Of a stretch of DNA of 10,925 nucleotides, positions 1 to 7,100 are shown one piece after another. The notes below the pieces were generated by a model, which saw only the letters and a list, made by a program, of their open reading frames with translations, did not search any database and was not told the DNA's origin. Position numbers and translations under genes: made by a program. Origin of the DNA: an uncultured Roseburia sp. Its GTDB lineage: Bacteria > Bacillota > Clostridia > Lachnospirales > Lachnospiraceae. Location of the stretch: NCBI GenBank assembly GCA_937877505.1, contig CALFIN010000018.1, positions 1-10,925 of the forward strand. The letters run 5' to 3'. The first letter of the stretch is position 1; the number at the start of each line of letters is the position of its first letter.

Positions 1-61
1 TTAGGCTATAATTTTTCTGTAAGTTAATGTGTTTGGTCATACATTAATTTTACACTAACTG

Positions 62-100
62 CCGGATTCTTTCGAGGTCTGGCAGTTATTTTTTTGCATA
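62..100 (+). terminator. Putative rho-independent terminator on the + strand. A stem ctgccgg...ctggcag (about 8 bp including G-U pairs) is followed by TTATTTTTTT. It presumably serves a + strand gene ending at or before nt 27, outside or at the edge of the window.
   Basis: Hairpin plus a 9-T run read directly from the sequence. All three + frames hit a stop by nt 27, so no + strand CDS in the window can explain it. Confidence 0.4.
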
Positions 101-107
101 GAAAAGG

Positions 108-146
108 AGCTGCGCACTAATTACTTAGTGCGACAGCCCCTTTTTC
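108..146 (-). terminator. Putative intrinsic terminator downstream of the 147..866 gene. The stem is GCTGtCGCACTAA / TTAGTGCGcAGC with loop GTAA (minus-strand reading), followed by TCCTTTTCT. The same hairpin is followed on the + strand by CCCTTTTTCTT, so it may act in both directions.
   Basis: Inverted repeat 113-120 / 125-132 with flanking T-rich tracts on both strands. It lies immediately 3' of the stop codon at 147-149 (minus strand). Confidence 0.45.
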
Positions 147-866
147 TTATTCCTCTTTCTCCTCAAGATACTGATACCTTACTTCTGTCTCTTGCCCATA
201 TACCGCCTGAAAATAAGTTGTCAGCAAATAATGCGCTGCTTCATCTGATTGTTCTATAATATCGCTCTCCAACACTTTTTTCTTCTCTTTCTCCTCTGCC
301 TCAACGATCAATTTCGTATAATCCGATACTTTTACCGGATTAAAAATATTATTTTTCTCATCATAAACTTCTAAAGAATCCTGTATTGTATAGTTATCCA
401 GAATCTCCGAATGCGGAACCGTCAGTTCTATCTTTGTCACTTTCCCTTCCGAATCCGTTATTTCCTTAAACGAAACATTTTCCCCATTAATTCCGATTTT
501 CATTTTCCCGTCAATCGTTGCAATGAAATTATTTCCGGTCAGCGGGATTTTAAATCCCTTGATTTCATTTTGGTCAGAAAAATGCAACATCGTCGTATAA
601 TTAATCTCATATGCGCTATATTCTGAAATCTTTTTTACTTCTTCCTGAATCAAATCTACCGCTACCCGCTTACGTTCCATTTCTTCCAGCTTATTTTGCA
701 ATTCCTTATTCTCATAATCTTTTACTGCGCAGCTTCTTATTGAAAAAACGCAAATTAAAACTAATACTGCCGCCAGCAATAATTTTTTCATCTGATCACC
801 TGCACTGCTATTTTTCTTATCTGTATCTAACTTTATCTTCCTAAACCAATTTTTCAATTTATCCAT
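147..866 (-). CDS. Hypothetical extracytoplasmic protein of 239 aa. It has a short basic N-terminus, one hydrophobic segment (KKLLLAAVLVLICVFSI) acting as a signal anchor or signal peptide, a beta-rich domain of unknown function and an acidic EEKEKKK tail. No family is recognised.
   Basis: The ORF is intact with an ATG at 864-866 on the reverse complement. A strong SD sequence, TAAGGAGCTGGGAT, sits immediately upstream of the ATG. The hydrophobic N-terminal segment and lysine-rich AT-biased codon usage match the neighbouring genes. Confidence 0.8.
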   Translation of the reverse strand: MDKLKNWFRKIKLDTDKKNSSAGDQMKKLLLAAVLVLICVFSIRSCAVKDYENKELQNKLEEMERKRVAVDLIQEEVKKISEYSAYEINYTTMLHFSDQNEIKGFKIPLTGNNFIATIDGKMKIGINGENVSFKEITDSEGKVTKIELTVPHSEILDNYTIQDSLEVYDEKNNIFNPVKVSDYTKLIVEAEEKEKKKVLESDIIEQSDEAAHYLLTTYFQAVYGQETEVRYQYLEEKEE

Positions 867-904
867 ATCCCAGCTCCTTACAGCCTCTCATTTATAAAAG
901 ATTC

Positions 905-950
905 GTCAAAAAACGCTGTCCATAGCCAAAAAAGTATGAACAGCGTTTTT
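905..950 (-). terminator. Intrinsic terminator between the MCP gene and the 239-aa protein gene. The stem AACGCTGT / ACAGCGTT has a roughly 20-nt loop and is flanked by an A-tract on one side and a T-tract on the other, so it may act in both directions.
   Basis: An 8-bp perfect inverted repeat (912-919 / 940-947) read from the sequence. The minus strand reads AAAAACGCTGT...ACAGCGTTTTTTGA after the MCP stop at 1006. Confidence 0.5.
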
Positions 951-1005
951 CCTTCACTCATTTCTTGAAACAGGAACTCTATGTACGCATTGTTTGTTTC
1001 ATTGG

Positions 1006-2712
1006 TTATTCATCTAAAAAAGTGAACTGGCCTACTAAATCGTCGAGCGTCGTCGCCTGAGCCGATAATTCCTCACTGGTCGCTGACGTCTCCTGAGCCG
1101 CCGCTGAGTTATTCTGCACAACGTCCGAAATCTGGGAAACGCCCTGCTCAGCCTGGCGCATCGTCTCACTCTGATCTCCGATCATAATGCTTAACTGCTT
1201 AGAAACGTCTGCAATCTGCTTGATCCCGTCTACAACAATTCCAATCGAGCTAGATGCGCTTTCCACCGCGCGGTTTCCACCCTCAATTTCCTGAAGGGAG
1301 CCTTCAATCAGCTCTCTTGTATCCACTGCCGCTTTTGCGCTCTGCTCTGCAAGCTGACGGATCTGATCCGCCACAACTGCAAAGCCGCGGCCTGCCTCGC
1401 CTGCTCTTGCCGCTTCAATGGATGCATTCAATGACAGAAGATTGGTCTGGGAAGCGATTGATTCAATTTCCGAAATAATATTTCCGATTTTCGTGGACGT
1501 GTCGTCAATTTTCTTCATTGCTTCTACAACTGTGTTCATGCCTTCCCGGCTGTTATCCGCTTCTTCTGCGCACTTTTGTGTCTGGGTATAGGAATCCCCT
1601 GCATCTTCCGCGCTTCTTTGCATTGCTTCCGTAATGCTGATAATCGTCGCCTGAAGCTCCTGAACTGCGCCTGCCTGCTCTACTGCTCCTTCTGCAAGTC
1701 CCTGCGCCGACTCTGCTAAATTTCCGGAGCCTGCGGAAACCTGATTAGATGCTTCCCCGATGGAACGGAGCGTAGCCGTCATTTGATTTCTTAAATCCCG
1801 CATAGCCTGAAGCATCTTTGCAAACTCCCCGGTGTACTGTTCCGGTATTGCAGTCCTGACTGCATAATTCCCTGTCGACATTTCACCCAAAAGAAGGCCT
1901 AGATCATCAATAATCGCATTCAACTTATCTGACATATCCCTTGCATCCTGAACCATGTCCGCAACTTCATCGTCCGCTTCAACTTCCGGAAACGGAGATG
2001 AAAAATCTCCACCGCCGAGAGCTTTTAAGCGTTGGCCCAGATCAGCCAATGGTTTTGCAATTCCCTTTGCAATTCCCTTGCCCATCTTTGTTGAAACCAG
2101 CATAGCCGACACAATCACTACAATTATAAAAGCCGCTAATACAATAGACAATATACGAAGGGTCGTAGAAAGGCTGTTTCCTTCATTTATCTTTACAGTT
2201 AACAGCCCTTCTAATTTTTCATAAATACTGTTGTATTTTCCCGCCAACTCATTTAACGCAATGTCCTGAGCCTGTTTACAAAGTTCCCTGTCTGTCGTCG
2301 CTCCAAGCTCTAAAATCTGTGTATCCATCTCCCAGTAAGCATCCAATTCCGAAACAATTTCATCATAAGTCTCCCTGCCGTCTTTCGATACGATAGTGTC
2401 TTCTACTTTAGCAAAGTATTCTTCAAACGTTGCTTTCATTTCTTTATGCTGCTCTACTACGTTTTGGATTGCATCCGCATCGTCATAGCCAATCGCTGCG
2501 CGCAGTGAAGACCTTGTATCTGCAAATGCAAACAACGCCTGTCCGATATCTCCTTGCGCAAATCCATAATTCTTTAACGCATAAGAATATCTGCTTGCAA
2601 GAACCAACATTGCAATCAGTCCTACGATTGCCGCGATTGCCGAAATCGCTGAAACCATAACAAATGATTTCGTAAGTCTTTTTTCGATTCTTTCATTGTT
2701 GAATTTTAACAT
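1006..2712 (-). CDS. Methyl-accepting chemotaxis protein. Its layout is TM1, an extracytoplasmic four-helix-bundle (4HB_MCP-like) sensor, TM2, a HAMP domain and a methyl-accepting signalling domain. The most likely start is the ATG at 2710-2712 ([11 protein letters not shown]...), giving 568 aa. The longest-ORF start at 2754 adds 14 aa but has no properly spaced SD.
   Basis: The signalling domain carries the highly conserved core [35 protein letters not shown] (MCP signalling domain, PF00015 type). Two hydrophobic segments flank a helical sensor of about 150 aa. GAAAGGGGAAGAGGA lies upstream of the ATG at 2712. Confidence 0.9.
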   Translation of the reverse strand: MLKFNNERIEKRLTKSFVMVSAISAIAAIVGLIAMLVLASRYSYALKNYGFAQGDIGQALFAFADTRSSLRAAIGYDDADAIQNVVEQHKEMKATFEEYFAKVEDTIVSKDGRETYDEIVSELDAYWEMDTQILELGATTDRELCKQAQDIALNELAGKYNSIYEKLEGLLTVKINEGNSLSTTLRILSIVLAAFIIVVIVSAMLVSTKMGKGIAKGIAKPLADLGQRLKALGGGDFSSPFPEVEADDEVADMVQDARDMSDKLNAIIDDLGLLLGEMSTGNYAVRTAIPEQYTGEFAKMLQAMRDLRNQMTATLRSIGEASNQVSAGSGNLAESAQGLAEGAVEQAGAVQELQATIISITEAMQRSAEDAGDSYTQTQKCAEEADNSREGMNTVVEAMKKIDDTSTKIGNIISEIESIASQTNLLSLNASIEAARAGEAGRGFAVVADQIRQLAEQSAKAAVDTRELIEGSLQEIEGGNRAVESASSSIGIVVDGIKQIADVSKQLSIMIGDQSETMRQAEQGVSQISDVVQNNSAAAQETSATSEELSAQATTLDDLVGQFTFLDE

Positions 2713-2789
2713 TCCTCTTCCCCTTTCACTTTTTAGAATCCAATCTGATGGCATACCTTTCGCTAATGGAACGCAGTCATTCTATTATC

Positions 2790-2870
2790 TTAAGTTTACC
2801 AATAACCTCATTATAATACTTTTATGTAAATTATACAATATTTTTTTATTGCCAATTTTACTATACGTCA
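2790..2870 (-). promoter_or_regulatory. AT-rich putative promoter region for the MCP gene. On the minus strand there are two TATAAT hexamers about 20 nt apart (attgTATAATttacataaaagtatTATAATgagg), but only weak -35 candidates.
   Basis: Hexamers read from the reverse complement. No consensus -35 at 17-bp spacing was found, so the assignment is tentative. Confidence 0.25.
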
Positions 2871-2894
2871 ATTTAACGAAAAAATTAATGCAGA

Positions 2895-2928
2895 CAAAAA
2901 AGGCAGCGTCCCTTACGAAACACTGCCT
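2895..2928 (-). terminator. Intrinsic terminator 18 nt downstream of the FN3-protein stop codon. The stem is GGCAG/CTGCC, extendable with one mismatch, with a roughly 12-nt loop, followed by TTTTTTG on the minus strand.
   Basis: Inverted repeat 2902-2906 / 2923-2927. An A7 run at 2895-2901 on the + strand gives the U-tract on the minus strand. Confidence 0.6.
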
Positions 2929-2945
2929 CCTTATTATGCGAAAAA

Positions 2946-4112
2946 CTATTTTAAAGATATTACGGAACTGAACTTACCGTCAATGCGTTTTCCCTTCGCA
3001 TTCTTTACATAAGCCCTGACTTTGTAATAGTATACCCCGCCTTTTTTCGGCTTGTTTACTGCCCACTTTGTCGTTTTTCCCTTTTTGATTGTTTTAAGCA
3101 GTTTATAGGTTCCGCCTTTTTTCTTACTCCGGTAAATCTGGTATCCTTTTGCATTCGATACTTTTTTCCATGAAATGGTCGACTTCTTCGCCTCTGTATT
3201 TTTTAAAGTAACTTTCGTTACCTTTTTTGGCGACGTTGTGACCTTTACAGCCGAGCTGTATTTCCCATATGACTTAGAGCCGTCCTCTTTATTCTTATAC
3301 GCTCGAAACTTAAACGTATAAGACGCAGCATACTTGAATTTTTTGGAATATGCCGTAACGGAAGGATTGTTGATTTTTTTCAGTCTCTTATAAGTTTTTG
3401 ATTTTGCATTGTATTGGTAAATTTCATAGCCATCTGCATCCGCGACTTTCTTCCATTCAAACACAATGCTGTTTGAACCTTTCACAGGTGACGCTTTCAG
3501 TTTCGGCTTTTTGCCAAAAGCCTCCTCCACAGGCGTCTGATCCGACGGATCACCGGCAGGCGGCTGTTCCGCTGGCGGCTCTGCCGTCTCATTTTTTACG
3601 AAAACGCTTTGCGGGCTGTCCAAAAGAAGTGACATTTCATTCAAACCGCTTGCATCTACATATCTAATTACCGGCTCATTACTGCCTTCGGTTCCGGATG
3701 CAAACTCCACTTTTGCCTGATATTCCTGACTGGAAGGGTGTAGGGATAATTTTCCTGTTTTCACAGATTCATTTCCAGAAAAAATATCCTGATCTTCCTT
3801 TCCTGAAAGAATTAAATCCACAAGGTAGCTTCCGTCCTCTAACTGCCGGATCTGAGAATCTTTAATCCGGCTGTTCAATGATTCCTCAAACTGAAATGAT
3901 GGCTGTTCCATCGTTCCTGAAAGAACCGAAACATGGAGTTTTATACGGAGTGACGTAATCTTATCTGTTTTTCCTTCTGGAAGGTTTACGGTCAGGATAA
4001 CGTCATTTTTATCTACTGTAAGCATTTGGCTGTCGCTTGCCGCTGCGGCGTCTAAAGGCGCCGCAACAATAAGAAACATTGTCAATAACATACATTTAAT
4101 CCAATTTTTCAT
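2946..4112 (-). CDS. Secreted 388-aa protein. It has a signal peptide (MKNWIKCMLLTMFLIVAAPLDAAAAS), a beta-rich N-terminal domain of about 170 aa with unknown identity, a Pro/Glu-rich linker and two tandem fibronectin-type-III-like modules that are extremely lysine-rich. The true start is the ATG at 4110-4112, not the TTG at 4181 given in the ORF track.
   Basis: A perfect SD sequence, AAGGAGGT (reverse complement of 4117-4124), sits 4 nt upstream of the ATG at 4112. The N-terminus is signal-peptide-like. The FN3 pattern W-K-K-V...GY-IYR...Y-Y-VRAY occurs twice. The stop TAG is at 2946-2948. The gene overlaps the upstream gene's stop codon (4096-4098) by 17 nt. Confidence 0.8.
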   Translation of the reverse strand: MKNWIKCMLLTMFLIVAAPLDAAAASDSQMLTVDKNDVILTVNLPEGKTDKITSLRIKLHVSVLSGTMEQPSFQFEESLNSRIKDSQIRQLEDGSYLVDLILSGKEDQDIFSGNESVKTGKLSLHPSSQEYQAKVEFASGTEGSNEPVIRYVDASGLNEMSLLLDSPQSVFVKNETAEPPAEQPPAGDPSDQTPVEEAFGKKPKLKASPVKGSNSIVFEWKKVADADGYEIYQYNAKSKTYKRLKKINNPSVTAYSKKFKYAASYTFKFRAYKNKEDGSKSYGKYSSAVKVTTSPKKVTKVTLKNTEAKKSTISWKKVSNAKGYQIYRSKKKGGTYKLLKTIKKGKTTKWAVNKPKKGGVYYYKVRAYVKNAKGKRIDGKFSSVISLK

Positions 4113-7100
4113 ACTTACCTCCTTGAAGCGTAATATCCGGCAATTCCTGAGGAATCTCAAGCAGTTTTGTATCACTGACAATACGCTCGCCCTCTAACGT
4201 CAGGGCATTGTCTACACGGTATAATTCTCCACGCACGAAGCCTGTGTTCCTTATCGCTTCTAAATTCCACTGATCCGGCCTTACATAATATACCCAAGTT
4301 CCGTCTGAGGTTTCACCCAGATTTCCTTGTTCCGGAACGTCCGCCAAAATTATTTGTTCCGCAGAGACATTTCCATCTTTTTCCCCGATTACATTGCCAT
4401 TTGCATCATAGAGCGCAACTACATTATATGCCGGATTTCCTTTATATGTCCCGGTAAAGATTAATGAGCCTGCCGGAATTACGTCCTCCGCCTCTTGGCC
4501 ATATATAAAGTCTTCCTTCAATACGCCGATTGCCGGCTGGCCTTCTTCCGTTGCCATAAATTCCAAATTATCCCCTGTCGGGCCGCAGATTTCGATTTCC
4601 TGAATGGAAATATTGCCCGCCTGCGACAGCGTCAGCCTTACATATTTCGCATCGTAAGTGCCAATCCAGTTCTTGCGGTCTTCTTCATTGACGGAATCAA
4701 ACCATACCGTCTGCTCTGCATTTGCGGCAAGAGAAACGTTCTCTTTCACTTTTGTCCAATTCTCACCATCTGGGCTGACTTCAACTGCCGCCGAAGCAAC
4801 TGCAGAACCCTGATATTTTAATGCCGTCACTTCTTCTGTCTTACGCATATCTATGGTAATTGACGCGGCGCCGCCGCTTACTCCGTTATAAGTTCCAGCC
4901 GCTGTCCTGTCATTGTCTAAAATCCTTGTAATGCTGTTGACCTTTTTCGCTTCTACGCCTGCCGGATCTTCCGCTTCATATCCGCTGTCCGGATCTTCTC
5001 CGTCCGGCTCGATTACGGTATCGTCAGCCGAAGTCATTGTTGTCTCCACTGTCCATTCAGATTTATTTAATACGCCGTCTGTCTGAATCTTTACTGAACC
5101 AGCCGTTTTTACATTGGAATAATTCAAGTATTTATCCACTGCGCGGACTTCATATTCCATTACCCGATTGTTAATTGATGAAATGGAGTCTACAAAAACG
5201 GTAGAGTCCGCCGTGTCAATCGGCGCAAACCCAATTACCTGAGTGGATTTTTTACCGTTTGAAATCATACTGCGGCTGATTTCATAGCCAAGCATAAGCT
5301 CTGCGCTGCGATCTGTCGCAATCGTGATTTCCGCCTGATTTCCGGCTGCATTTACTGTAGCTGCAGTAACGGCGTCTTGATCTTTTATTGTCCCTTCCTC
5401 ATTTGGATGATCCACGCGGTAATCTCTTGCATCGTCATTGACATAATAGAGCGCTTTCGTTTCCGCCTCTCCATATTTTGCCGCATATGCAGTTGTTTTC
5501 TCATCTGGCTGCATCCCCCAGCGCACAAAGAAAGGAAGAATATTTTTATTTGCCGCCGCGCATGCAAGACGCATAATGTTCTGTTCTGAGCCTCCGTCTA
5601 ACGTTAATCCTTCCTGCGGAGCCATTTTTGGATTTCTTGAATAAGTGTCCACTCTTGCAAAGAACAGGTTAATGAACTGATCTTCATAGTTGTCGTAAAT
5701 ATGTCTGTCGTCCTTATTATTGTCATATGCAATATGGAGCTGCCAGTACAATGCAAGCTGCGTCGCTACATTCGGAGAGCGTCCGATTGTATTTGACGTT
5801 ACTTTGTCGTAGACATTTTTGTATGTGAATCTTGTCTTTCCGGGAACTTTTGTCAATAGCTGCGCAAAGTAATTGTTTGTGATTTCCGCAACCGCATATG
5901 CGCCCTGATTGATGTCATGCCCAATTTCATGCGCTACGCCCCAGCCAAATCCTGACCAGTCGTTTGGCGCGCTTGCTAATAATGTGGAACCCCATTCTAC
6001 GCCAATGTGGTTGCCTGACGCATACATAAACGCTCCGGCAAACATTCTCATATAACGGATATTCAAGTGCTGCGCCGGCCATGCGTTATTTCCTCTTACG
6101 GTTCCCGCGTTATCACTTAATCCTTTATGCTGATAAAACAGCGTCATAGTTTTTTCCATTGCTTTTAAGGCAAGGTCAAGTTTTACCGCTTTATCTTCTG
6201 CGTTTTTGATGCCTGCCCAAACCTGAGTTGCAGGTACGGAATACATCATTTCCCTCATCATAATATCTGTTGTATTTAAAATACAGTTTTGCTGGTCATA
6301 CGGATAATCTACATTTTTTGTCCCTGTATGTTTTGCCGCATGTCCCGCTTCAATCGTTCCGACATATTGCTCAAGCTCTTTTACATAAGCGGAAATCGCC
6401 GCCATGCGTTCTTCTTGTGTTTTTCCATACACGCTTAAGACCGGAATATCGCTTCCGCCGCTTATACGGACTGCATACTTATCGTTTGCATTGTTTCCAG
6501 TATATGCTACATATAACTGTCCGCCGCGTTCAAATTCTTTGCTGACAATCTGGGGAACTGTAATTTCATTTCTTCCCACTTTTAAGCTGACTGCTTTTGA
6601 AAGCGTTGCCGCTTCTGCGTGCTGCTGCGTAAACACAAGCTGCAGGCTTGCTTTATCTCCAGTTCTCTTTGTATTATGCCCGACATAAACAAGCAGGCTT
6701 TCACCGGCATATACTGTTTTCCCAACCGGCTGCCATGAATTTAAACCGCCAAATCCAAGATGCCCGTCTTTGCTTCCCGTAATCTGGTTTTCCACTTCAT
6801 AAGCGCAAGCCAGATTTGAATTTAAAATCTCTCTTGCTGTCTTTAATTCTAAAGTCAGTTCATTGTAAAGCGGATGTTTTTCACCGCTTGCCTCGTCTAC
6901 AAGCTCTAAACGGGCTTCTAATGCCTGAATGACGCTTTCCGTTACGTCTGCCCGCAGTGTAGTGTGCATTTCGTCTGTATATAAGCCCATAATGTCATCT
7001 TCCAGCGAATCATAATAATGGAAATGGATTTCACCTACCATCATAGATGCCCTAACACTGTCACGTCCCAGACAAATATTTACTTTATTTGCAGTGATTG

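Noticed and set aside
1-40. A possible minus-strand ORF start (ATG, reverse complement of 38-40) running off the left edge.
   Set aside because: No SD is upstream of it. It would place a + strand terminator in its own 5' region. Too little sequence lies inside the window to judge.
3550-4040. Calling the N-terminal domain of the FN3 protein a cohesin outright.
   Set aside because: There is only a vague match of alternating-hydrophobic beta-strand patterns. No diagnostic cohesin motif is recognisable by eye. It is kept as a hypothesis in the findings rather than as a feature.
5917-5931. Considered assigning the HEIGH metalloprotease to the M66 (StcE) or M26 (IgA protease/ZmpB-type) families.
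   Set aside because: M66 requires HEXXHXXGXXH, and no third His is present here (HEIGHDINQGA). M26 uses HEMTH. The spacing HEXXH-X10-E, the flanking ILPFFVRWGMQPDEKT block and the CBM32 context fit M60-like best.
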